Positions 26,471 through 37,242 of a DNA stretch of 64,000 nucleotides are shown here, one piece after another. The notes beneath the pieces were generated by a model. The model saw only the letters and a program-made list of their open reading frames with translations, did no database searches and had not been told where the DNA came from. The translations under genes were made by a program, and so were the position numbers. Numbering within the stretch: position 1 is the stretch's first letter; every line of letters begins with the position of its first letter. The DNA is taken from the NCBI GenBank assembly GCA_052327205.1, contig CM126230.1, positions 42,346,001-42,410,000 on the forward strand, given 5' to 3'. The stretch comes from Somniosus microcephalus. Taxonomy: Eukaryota.

Positions 26471-27216
26471 AAGACAAAAATTTGGTAACATTATGACTGG
26501 GATACCATTACAGTGCATTGTCCCAAGTTAGCTAATGTTTTGAAGTTGCCATGTACTCTCTTTATTCCCTCTAAGATAGCTGCATAGCCATGATACTGCA
26601 TCACATTATTGGCCTGTTATAAGAATTTAAGAATTAACAGAGCCAGAAAAGAGGATAGTAGTTCCTCTGACTGGTACTAACGTTCCAAAAAATACCATAC
26701 TATGGTTTGTTTCTTCTGTTCATTGGATTGATTTTTTTGAACAAAAAAACTATCCATTAGCCCCTCAAATTTACCAATCCTGTCCTCCTCAACTGTCTCC
26801 CTGAGTAGTCTGTTCCATACATTCACCATTCTGAAGTAGTTCAATCTGAACTACCTGTTTACACCCTCTCTTCTGAGGTCAAGTCTGTGCCTTCTGGTTA
26901 GAGTGCTTATGGTCATGTCAAACAATTTTTTTCTTTCAGTTTATCTATACCCCTTAGTCTAGTTTGAGTACTTCCCAGTAAAGATCTTGTTGTATGTCAG
27001 TAGTGGCTAAGTAAGTTTTAAAAACTCATTAGGTTATTTATAATTGAGAAGGTTGGTCCTTTGCTGTACATGGGTGGTGAGCTTCCTATTCCTCAAGTAG
27101 ACCGTTAGACCTTGACCACATAGGAGCTTTGTTGTTCACAGATGTACCATAATAAAGGATTTATAATATAATTGTACTATACAGTTGAGTTAACTTGAAG
27201 CTTACTATTTTTCTAG

Positions 27217-27412
27217 AAGAGTGGAAGAATGGAAGGCTTTTTACCAAAGGAAGAGAAGGCTAAATCCACATCAGTGGAATCTATTCCAGAAGTATTAGAA
27301 GATCGTGATTCCCTTACAGAAACATCTGATACTGCTTCAATCCATGAAGTACACGACATGGACTATGTTAACCCTCGTGGAGTTAGGTTTACACAGTCAA
27401 CACAGAAGGAAG
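27217..27412 (+). CDS. GBF1: GBF1 exon (KSGRMEG...SVESIPEVLE...DMDYVNPRGVRFTQSTQKE)
   Basis: ttctag|AAG...GAAG|gtttgt; 196 nt, phase 0 to 1; an alternative AG lies 3 nt downstream. Confidence 0.92.
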
Positions 27413-27508
27413 GTTTGTGTTAGTACTCGTATATCCTGGTATTAAACACAGTGTGCAAAATGGTGATAGAATGGTTGCTATTAATTGTAATCCTGAATCA
27501 AGAACTGA

Positions 27509-27810
27509 CATAGAAACATAGAAGATAGGAGCAGGAGTAGGCCATTTGGCCCCTCGAGCCTGCTCCGCCATTCAATGAGATCATGGCTGATGATCCAGAT
27601 TCAGTACCCTGTCCCTGCTTTCTCCCCATATCCCTTGATCCCTTTAGCCTTAAGAAATATATCCAACTCCTTCTTGAATATATTTAATGAATTGGCCTCA
27701 ACTGCCTTCTGAGGTAGAGAATTCCACAGGTTCACCACTCTCTGGGTGAAGAAATTCCTCCTCATCTCAGTCCTAAATGGCTTACCCCTTATCCTTAGAC
27801 TGTGACCCCT
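27509..27810 (-). mobile_element. CR1 3' end, same subfamily as the copies at 18740 and 39370
   Basis: Almost identical to 18745-19045. Confidence 0.88.
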
Positions 27811-27859
27811 GACGAAAAGTCATCGACCTGAAACGTTAACTCTTTGTTTCTCTCTCCGC

Positions 27860-28205
27860 AGATTGAAAGGTTGTGGCTTTTTTCTTTAAAAAAGAGAAGA
27901 CTTGAAGGAGACCTGATGGAGGACTTTAAAATTATGAATGGGTTGGACAGGGTAGATGTGGAGAGAAGGTTTCCACTTGTGGCAGAATCCAAAACTAGAG
28001 GCTATAAATACAAGATAGTTACTATTAAATCCAATAGGGAAATGATGAGAAATTTCTTTACTCGCAGGAAGTGGCGAGGCACATGGCTTAGATGCTTTCA
28101 AAAGGAAACCGAGAGAAATGGAAATAGAAAGATATGCTGAAAGGCTGAGATGAGGTAGATGGGGCCGAATGGCCAGTTTCTGTGCTGTATATTCTATGTA
28201 ATTTA
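27860..28205 (+). mobile_element. CR1 3' fragment, old
   Basis: LFSLKKRRLEGDLMEDFKIMNGLDRVD...RNFFT. Confidence 0.75.
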
Positions 28206-28233
28206 GACTCATGTATGAGTGTCTCTCTTTCAG

Positions 28234-28445
28234 GTGCAGCTCTGGTTCCATATGGCTTGCCTTGTATACGGGAGCTATTCCGTTTCCTTATATCCCTCAC
28301 CAATCCACATGACCGCCACAACTCTGATGTGATGATTCATATGGGCTTGCAGTTGCTTACTATAGCATTGGAATCGGCGCACATTGCCAACTATATATCA
28401 TTGCTTGGTCTTGTTAAAGATGAACTCTGTCGGCACCTGTTCCAG
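28234..28445 (+). CDS. GBF1: GBF1 exon, HUS domain (GAALVPYGLPCIRELFRFLISLTNPHD...LCRHLFQ)
   Basis: tttcag|GT...TTCCAG|gtaaga; 212 nt, phase 1 to 0. Confidence 0.95.
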
Positions 28446-28547
28446 GTAAGAATTTGGTATTTCATGAGATTTTTTGGACTGAGCACATTTAGTGACTTTG
28501 TATCTGAGGATATTCAACAAAGGTGTTGCATATTGTTTGTTTTTCAG

Positions 28548-28646
28548 CTGTTAATTGCAGAGCGTCTTAATTTGTATGCCACTTCTCTCCGGCTGTGCTT
28601 CCTTTTGTTTGAGGGTATGAGGGAACATCTTAAGTTTCAACTTGAG
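28548..28646 (+). CDS. GBF1: GBF1 exon (LLIAERLNLYATSLRLCFLLFEGMREHLKFQLE)
   Basis: tttcag|CTG...CTTGAG|gtaggt; 99 nt, phase 0 to 0. Confidence 0.95.
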
Positions 28647-29747
28647 GTAGGTGGAATTTAATGATGGAATTGAGTTTCAACAGAGTAGTCTCGTTTGGTC
28701 GAACCTGCTTCGCATATACATTAATCAGCATTCCCTGCAACTGACCGTGATGATCATCCTAATCCCTAGTTTAATCTTGGTATGGAGATACCGTCCTTCA
28801 GTTCAGGAGACCAAATTCTTGCACATTACTTTTTGATGCTTGTTCATTTTAAACTCAGTGATGAACAAATTGTGGTATCTTCTTTTTCATAGGATTATAT
28901 TATGATTGTAGCAAAAAAAAATGAGACGTGCTAAACGATGCAGAAAGGGGCGATTGTGTGCTGGTCCTGAAAGGGCATTGATTCAGAATAATTGGGTTAT
29001 AAAATGGATCTCTGCAATAATGGGCATAACTTTCAACTTTAGCTGGGGTGTAAAACAGGCGGTAGTGGATCAGCCGCCCATTATACACCCTGACCGATTA
29101 TTCTTTCCACTGATCTCTGCCCAATAACTTCCTCCTTGTTCTTCTGCAGTGATGGAGATGATGGCTTTAATTGGTAAACGAGTTGCAAAACCGTCTTCAA
29201 TGTTTCCATCAGTAGGGCTGTTTTTTTTTAATAGCCCACTGTAGGCAGGAAGGATTTGATGATTTCAAGATGCATTTTGTTTCGGGAAAGATTTTAAGCT
29301 CCCTACCTATTCCCGATGAGACAATTTTATGCATCTATTAACAGCGAAGAACCCGAGTTACATTTATCCAGTATTCTGCATGAAATCACAGTTTATCTTG
29401 CAGCTAGCTTATTTGCAAATGATGTGGCAAATATAGGTTTGTTTAACAGGCTTTGACTTCCACAAAGATGCTTCATTGGAGTTGATTTGTTGTGTTCGAG
29501 TTAGAAATTATATCAAAAACGGTGGGGACGCTGTTCAAAGTGAATTAACAAATTGGTATTTTTCAGTAAGAAAACTTTCTGTTGTCCACTTGCACTGTGA
29601 CAAGAATATGTTTTGCAGCTGTAGTTGGGAACAGTGTTTAGTGCCTTGCTGATTGAGGCCGGCTGCAGGTCTGAGATGAGTTCTGTAAGGGTTTGGAAAT
29701 TGTGACTGGCACTACGTGTGGAAAATTTATGTTTTTTTCCCCCCTAG

Positions 29748-29942
29748 ATGTATTTGAAAAAACTAATGGAATTATTCACCTCTGAGAATCCCAAAATGCC
29801 ATATGAGATGAAAGAGATGGCTTTGGAGGCGCTCGTTCAACTGTGGCGAATCCCAAGCTTTGCCACCGAGCTGTACATCAACTTTGACTGTGATTTCTAC
29901 TGTTGTAATCTTTTTGAAGATCTTACCAAACTCCTTTCCAAG
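29748..29942 (+). CDS. GBF1: GBF1 exon with the HUS box (MYLKKLME...[24 protein letters not shown])
   Basis: ccctag|ATG...TCCAAG|gtacat; 195 nt, phase 0 to 0. Confidence 0.96.
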
Positions 29943-30516
29943 GTACATTTTGGTAAACAGACTCTAGGGAATTATTGGCCAAGTCAAATACAGGGTCTCC
30001 CTTGCCACATTAAAGTAGTAGTTTTTGGTCTAATTCATCAAATAAGGGTGTTTTTTTTTAAAGAAATTCAATATCTGTAATGCTTTAATAATTTACTGGA
30101 ATGATTCTAAAACGGGAAAGTGGGTTTTAGAAATTCCGTTACAGAACAACTCTGTTGTGTGCCATTCACTGGAAATACACAATTTATTAATTGGAATTTA
30201 AGCTACATAATACTTTGCAAGGAAACATATTAAGTCCAAAACAACAAAGTCTTAGATGAGAATTAGCATAGTTGTTCCTGCTTTTCAGGACTTCCCTACA
30301 TTAAATATATACTTTATATGCAAGTCCGTTTCAACCCATCCTTCCTTCAAGGTGCAATGTTTTCTAAATTCACAGTCTTTTATGATTGTAAGCAAAGTGT
30401 AAAAGAATATCAACCAAACAATCTCATTGAATTATTGATGAAAATGTGATTCATTTAGAGCTTTTGTATCTGCTCTGCCAGCTTTACTGAATTTCTCTTG
30501 CTGGTTCTTTTTGCAG

Positions 30517-30703
30517 AATGCTTTTCCTGTATCTGGACAACTGTACACCACTCACTTGTTGTCACTTGAGGCTTTGTTAACCGTTATTGACAGCACTGAG
30601 GCTCATTGCCAAGCCCGGGTTCTCAATAATACTCTGCAGCAGGACAAAAGAGATGGAGGCACTCCGACAATAGAAATGAACCAGAGCAAAGACATCACTA
30701 ACG
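30517..30703 (+). CDS. GBF1: GBF1 exon (NAFPVSGQLYTTHLLSLEALLTVIDSTEAHCQ...DITN)
   Basis: ttgcag|AAT...AACG|gtaagg; 187 nt, phase 0 to 1. Confidence 0.95.
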
Positions 30704-30714
30704 GTAAGGAGTAG

Positions 30715-32335
30715 TTCCAGTGTTGGCTCTCGGTAAAATAATGGGACTCAAGGCGGATAAATCACCTGGACCTGATGGCTTGCATCCTCGGGTCTTGAGG
30801 GAAGTGGCGGTAGGGATTGTGGATGCATCGGTAATAATTTTCCAAAACTCCCTGGACTCAGCAAAGGTCCCGGCAGACTGGAAAACTGCTAATGTAACAC
30901 CCTTATTTAAAAAGGGCAGTAGACAGAAGGCTGGAAACTATAGACCGGTTAGCCTAGCATCTGTGGTAGGTAAAATTTTGGAGTCCATTATTAAGGAGAC
31001 AGTAACAGGACATTTGGATAATCATCATTTAATAGGACAAAGTCAGCATGGTTTTATGAAGGGGAAGTCATGTTTGACAAATTTGCTGGAGTTCTTTGAG
31101 GAAGTAACATATAGGGTGGATAAAGGGGAACCAGTGGATGTAGTGTATTTAGACTTCCAAAAGGCATTTGACAAGGTGCCACACAAAAGATTATTGCTTA
31201 AGATAAAAAATCACGGGATTGGGGGTAATATTCTGGCATGGATAGAGGATTGGCTATCTAACAGAAGGCAGAGAGTTGGGATAAATGGTTCATTCTCAGA
31301 CTGGCAATCAGTAACTAGTGGTGTTCCGCAGGGGTCAGTGCTGGGTCCCCAACTCTTTACAATCTATATTAACGATTTGGAGGAGGGGACCGAGTGTAAC
31401 ATATCAAAGTTTGCAGATGATACTAAGATGGGAGGGAAAGTAGTGAGTGAGGAGGACATAAAAAACCTGCAAGGGGACATAGACAGGCTAAGTAAGTGGG
31501 CAGAGATTTGGCAGATGGAATACAATACTGGAAAGTGTGAGGTTATGCACTTTGGCAGGAAAAATCGCAGAGCAAGCTATTATCTTAATGGCAAGAAACT
31601 GGAAAGTACTGAAGTACAAAGGGATCTGGGGGTCCTGGTGCACGAAACTCAAAAGGTTAGTATGCAGGTGCAGCAAGTGATTAAGAAGGCCAATGGAATG
31701 TTGGCTTTCATTGCTAGGGGGATAGAATATAAAAATAGGGATGTATTGCTTCAGTTGTACAAGGTATTGGTGAAACCGCACCTGGAATACTGCATACAGT
31801 TTTGGTGTCCATACTTAAGAAAAGACATACTTGCTCTCGAGTCAGTACAAAGAAGGTTCACTCGGTTAATCCCGGGGATGAGGGGATGGACATATGAGGA
31901 GAGGTTGAGTAGATTGGGACTCTACTCATTGGAGTTCAGAAGAATGAGAGGCGATCTTATTGAAACATATAAGATTGTGAAGGGGTTGGATCGGGTGGAT
32001 GCGGGGAGGATGTTCCCGATGATGGGTGAAACTAGAACTAGGGGGCATAGTCTTAGAATAAGGGGCTGCTCTTTCAAAACTGAGATGAGGAGGAACTACT
32101 TCACTCAGAGGGTGGTAGGTCCATGGAATATGCTGCCTCAAAAAGCTGTAGAAGCTACATCATTACATAAATTTAAAACAGAAATAGACAGTTCCCTAGA
32201 AGTAAAGGGAATTAAGGATTACGGGGAGCGGGCAGGAATTTGGACATGAGTCTAGGTTCAGATCGGTCATGGCCCTGTGGGTAGCGGAGCGGGCCCAGGG
32301 GCCGTGTAGCCTGATCCTGCTCCTATTTCGTGTGT
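30715..32335 (+). mobile_element. CR1 LINE, 5'-truncated, with an uninterrupted RT-domain ORF (30720-32249, 509 aa)
   Basis: [39 protein letters not shown] and PHLEYC are all in one frame; no endonuclease domain. Confidence 0.96.
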
Positions 32336-32824
32336 CTAATTCTGTTAGATTCAGGAGATGGTTCTGTGATAGTAGATTGGCGGTTAGGATCAGATCAGCC
32401 ATGACCTTGTTGAATGGCAGAGCAGGCTCGAGGGGCCGATTGGCCTACTCCTGCTCCTATTTCTTATGTTCTCTCTACTCCTCAGATAGGCAAGTCCCAC
32501 TAGAATGATTGTCATGCTTTTGACGAGCTCTATTGTTGAAAAGTAATAATGCTTGTACAAATAACCATATGTGTTAGATGAAGGTAATTGCAACACAGGA
32601 AACCAATTCAAGACAAATTTTTGTTCCAAATATCTGTCATTTGTTCTAGGTATCATTTGGAATGTGTAGGCTAAGGCTTGCTATTTACTTTGCAACTGAA
32701 GCTTAGGTTATATGATCTGCATGCTGGCAGTTATTGATATTGTGTCAATGCTCAAGGCAATACATTTTCCTACAATTCACTTTTAAAAACCAAGCAAAAA
32801 TCCGAGCTGTCAGCATGTTAGTTG

Positions 32825-33265
32825 TTCTGATCTGGAACGCACTGCCTGAGAGGGTGGTGGAATCAGATTCAATAATCCCTTTCAAAAGGGAATTGGATAT
32901 ATACTCAAAGGAGAAAAATTTGCAGGGCTATGAGGAAAGAGCAGGGGACTGGGACTAATTGGAGAGCTCTTTCAAAGAGCTGACATAAGCATGATGGGCC
33001 GAATGGCCTCCCTCTCCTGTAAGGTTCTATGAACACCAGACAAATCGCAGGTGTGCCATTTTCACCCGAGAGTCAGTCGCATCCCAAGACTTCGCTTTGT
33101 GCTACAAAATACAAATGGTTAATAGTGGCAAGCTACCTAGACACACAAGGCATCAAGGGGTATGGGGAGAGCGGGAATATGGTATTGCGATAGAGGATCA
33201 GCCATGATCATATTGAATGATGGAGCAGGCTCGAATGCTCCTATTTTTCTATGTTCTATGTTTCT
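32825..33265 (+). mobile_element. Two short CR1 3'-tail fragments (about 32825-33032 and 33135-33265)
   Basis: IWNALPERVVESDSI...; gccatgatcatattgaatg...ttctatgtttcta tail. Confidence 0.7.
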
Positions 33266-35012
33266 AAGCTGCACCCCTCACATGGGTTAAGGAGGTGGCC
33301 TGTCCTGAATTTAACCTGAGTTCCTGTCGTATTAGCTCAGATATGGCTGCCTTGAGTCACTGAATTTCTTCAGTTATTAGTGACTGAGTTGCATCACCAG
33401 GTTTACCACTGATCGCAACTTGATCAGAAATCACTTGAGAAGGATGGACATTGGCTGCAGTCTGGATACCGCTGATGCTGCATTCTGCCAGAGGTACAGA
33501 AAGTTTAAAGAAATCTCAGGTTGCCTCCTGTACCAACATTCTCATTTTAGCGATGGAAAGAAACTGTCTATATTGTTTGTTGATTATTTTAATCAGTAAA
33601 AATCCCACTGGGTTTGGGAGACAGTGGGCAGCGCTGCATGTTCGAGTGCCATGAATGCAGCCCTGCATCACAATGATGAGAGCAGAAAGTGAAAGCAAGG
33701 TTCTCATTTGAGTAGCTTGACAGTAACTTTAAATAGGCACATCACACTGAATCCAGACATAATCCAGTTATTTGAACGATCTGGATTATTGTCTTGAAGT
33801 TCACTGAAAGATTTCCATTGTCCTTTCATGTACTCGGAAGATACAATATTACTTTGTATATATTTGAAAACTCAGTTACTCCTGCAGGCAACATATAGTT
33901 AATTTACAGGCGTATTTTTATTAGGCTTCAGCAGTTATCCATTATTTTGTACTTTGGACAGTTTTAGTGGGGTGCCTAAGAAATTAGTGTTTGGAATTTT
34001 TATTACTGGTAAATGCCAATGTGCTCGTGACACCTGGATGTCATCAAGTCATATGTTTAAGGATTGCAGGACAAGCGTTAAGTAAATATTAATGCAATAG
34101 TTGAACAAAATTATTGGCCGTAATTGCAAGCAAGGTTGTGGATTGCATCTCTCTCCAGTCTCCAATAGAATACAGCACAGGTGAAACCAGTTTACTTGTT
34201 GCGGAAATGAACGAGTCACATTTTCACCGCTTCTAAGTTTTGAGGGTCAGTGAAGATGTCTGTCAAATACTAAATATTTTGAAAAGTTTATATCCTAAAA
34301 AGCAGTTTCTATGATGATTTGAAGTTTTAAAGTTTTAATCTATATACTTTTATTGTTGCCATTGTCCCGCTGGAGATCTGATGCAGTTTGAAGATTCACG
34401 GCTTGTGAAGGAGTTGCTGAGTTTGTGATGTAGGACCTGCCGTCTCTTTTTGTGAAGGTGGATTACAGGAAAACACATCAACTCATGTTCCTAATAAACT
34501 GCAGCATTTCTAGTTTATTCTGCAAAAACGAACGATAATTAACATTTGTTCCACCTCTTGCTCAGGTGTTCTCAAAGACAGACTTATGCAGCACATAAAA
34601 TCATTCCAAATGTTTTCCAAGTTGCAGAGGAAGGTTCATGATCATTCCCTCATTTGCTAATGTATTAGAATTTCATGACCACAAACTGCAATGTTTGATG
34701 CAAAAACCAACTCTGGACGTAGAAAGAATTTTGTTGGGAGAAAGTCTATGTAGCCCTTATATTTTTTGCAGATTACCGAGCCTATGTACTCAACCTCTAA
34801 ATTGTCTGCAAGGTGAGTGATTTGAGACTGTGTTTGAGAACTGGGATTTACAGCTGAGCTTGAGAGAGAATCAGGTTATGTAAATGATTGTAGTTTGCTC
34901 GAGGAAATATTGAATTGAAGAAAGATATTTTACATTTTTCTATATAGATTATTGAAATAAAATGATTGATTTTTGCACCATGTGTATTCTGTGAAATTTA
35001 GCGATGCATTGT

Positions 35013-35467
35013 CGGCCATGGCTCAGTGGGCAGCACTCTTGCCCCTGAGTCAGAAGGTTGTGGGTTCAAGTCCCACTCCAGACTTGAACACAAAATCTAG
35101 GCTGACACTCCAGTGCAGTACTGAGGGAGTGCTGCATTGTCAGAGGTGCCATCTTTCAGATGAGGTGATAAACCGAGGCCCCGTCTGCTCTCTCAGTTGA
35201 AAATAAAAGATCCCATGGCATTATTTTGAAGAAAAGCAGGTTCTTCCTGGTGTCCTGGCCAATATTTAACCCTCAATCAATATCACTAAAACAGATTATC
35301 TGGTCATTATCATATTGCTGTTTGTGGGAACTTGTTGTGTGCAAATTGGCTGTCGCATTTCCTACATACAACAGTGACTACACTTCAAAAGTACTTCATT
35401 GGGTGTGAAGTGCTTTGGGACGTCCTGAGGCTGTGAAATGCGCTGTAAAAATGCAAGTCTTTCTTTT
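35013..35467 (+). mobile_element. DeuSINE-like SINE, full length
   Basis: tggctcagtgg A box, ggttcaagtcc B box, same core and tail as 8760-9202. Confidence 0.85.
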
Positions 35468-35480
35468 ACTTCCTGTGTAG

Positions 35481-35618
35481 GTATTGAAAGGACAGGTACT
35501 AGTGGCAGCTCACCTCCTTTGGATATGGAAACGTCACTACCTCACCCCCCAACCAGCGGTCACCTTATGGCTCAGAAAATGAAACTGGGACGGCAAGTTG
35601 CAGATGATAGTGAAACAG
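35481..35618 (+). CDS. GBF1: GBF1 exon, linker (GIERTGTSG...PPTSGHLMAQKMKLGRQVADDSET)
   Basis: gtgtag|GT...ACAG|gtaaag; 138 nt, phase 1 to 1. Confidence 0.88.
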
Positions 35619-35927
35619 GTAAAGCTTCCAGCTCAGTAGAAAGGACCTGGGTTGTTTTTATATTATTGTGTGTGCCATATCATTAGAGTTTTGACAAAAG
35701 TGTGAAAGTCTTTGAAAAAATCTTATTGGTCACTCTGCTTGCAACTATCCCTTCTGGCAGTGGTTCCCTTTGGTATGTGATGTGGGCAAGAGGAAATTTC
35801 TGTGTGAGACAAATGCAGTAAGTTTGAATTAAATGATGGGATAGAGCTTTACTTAATTTTAGTACAGACCAGTTGGGAAAATAGCTGAATTGTGCGTCAG
35901 ATAGACATTTTTTCCCTATGCAATTGC

Positions 35928-36341
35928 AAAATACTGCGGATGCTGGAAATACTCAGCAGGCCAGGCAGCATCCGTGGAGAGAGAAACAGAGTTAACGTTT
36001 CAGGTCTGGGACCCTTCATCAGAACTGGAAAAAGCTGGAGATGTAACAGATATTAAGCAGGTGCAGAGACAGGGGGGGGGGGTTAGGAGGGGAGGAAGAA
36101 ATAGAAAGAACATACTGTACTTTTGGAAGAGGCAGGAAATTCCCATTTGCAACATTTTATCTTTCCTGCCTCTTACAAAAGTACAGGATGTTCTTTCTAT
36201 TTCTTCCTCCACTCCTAACCACCACCCCGACCCCCCCCCCACCCCGCCTCTGCACCTGCTTAATATCTGTTACATCTCCAGCTTTTTCCAGTTCTGATGA
36301 AGGGTCCCAGATCTGAAACGTTAACTCTGTTTCTCTCTCCA
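35928..36341. mobile_element. Penelope pLTR pair in inverted orientation, forming a long hairpin
   Basis: 35975-36139 is the reverse complement of 36162-36341; the sequence is near-identical to 48845-49040. Confidence 0.88.
36290..36326 (+). ncRNA. Putative minimal type I hammerhead ribozyme motif (antisense twin at 35990-36026)
   Basis: AGTT-CTGATGA-AGGGTCCCAGATCT-GAA-ACGT-T-AACT. Confidence 0.6.
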
Positions 36342-36749
36342 TTTCTTCCCTATGGTTTGGACTTGGATTAAAAAGTAAGAGATGGCCCTTTCCTGGTGAA
36401 TTACGCGTTGTACTTAGTGACTGAGGCCAGGAAAGCCCCCAGGGTTAATACGTGGTCTGTGCTGAGCTAGCCAGTATCTCAGCTCAAGGTGAAATGGAGG
36501 TGCTGCATTTGGTTGCAGTGTCCATGGGGAGGGAGAAATTGGTTGCGGTTCCCATTCCTCATCCAGCAGCCCCCTATGTGTTATAGTGTTGGTGACCAGA
36601 TTATGCATGGCTGGTGTGATCCACCCATGGCCAAAGAGATTGCATTTGTGGAAACCATACTATGTCACCTCAGTATCTTGAAAACCTTCGATATCACAAC
36701 AGCTGCCTGTGGTTCCTTCTGGAAATGAGATGGATGGAAAGGAGAAGTT

Positions 36750-36940
36750 TATTATGTCCGTGTGTAATTGAGACACGGACTGCAGGAGTGGGTTACAACA
36801 GGTCTTTACTGAGTGGAGACAAACTGAAACTAACTATGCAAAGTTACTACACAGGCTTATATACAGGGGTGGTCACTACTGGTACTGCAGTATACAGGGG
36901 CTGCAGAATATAGTTCCTTCTGCAAAGTACATACACTACA
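36750..36940 (-). mobile_element. Candidate solo LTR (191 bp)
   Basis: Flanked by an aagtt direct repeat (36745-36749, 36941-36945). The minus strand starts TGTAGTG and has tatataag followed by agtaaa; the far end reads ...ATA rather than ...ACA. Confidence 0.5.
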
Positions 36941-37153
36941 AAGTTCAGCTTTGTATTTCTAAGATGTGTCCATTCAGTACTTCCTTTGTTAAAATCCTTC
37001 CTTATAGAATCAGGATTCACACACGAGATTCTGCTTTGTACCGAATATATTTCTGGTCAGAAAATCAGGAGTTAAAATGCATTCCTTATAGTATATATCG
37101 ACATGCTTTCAATATTAACATAAGGTTTCAAGCTCTGATATGTTCTTTTACAG

Positions 37154-37242
37154 TAGAGAAGAGGACTTCCAAGAAACCACCTCGATTTTCTTCTTTCCTA
37201 CCAAGTGCTAAAGAATTATCGGAGATTAAAAGCAAGAAGAAG
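37154..37242 (+). CDS. GBF1: GBF1 exon (VEKRTSKKPPRFSSFLPSAKELSEIKSKKK)
   Basis: ttacag|TA...AAGAAG|gtaagt; 89 nt, phase 1 to 0; CAGTAG tandem acceptor. Confidence 0.92.

Noticed and set aside
30720-32249. GBF1-RT fusion protein or a bacterial-type RT system (retron, DGR)
   Set aside because: The ORF is out of frame with the exon and a stop intervenes. The motifs are typical CR1 ORF2, with many paralogous fragments nearby.
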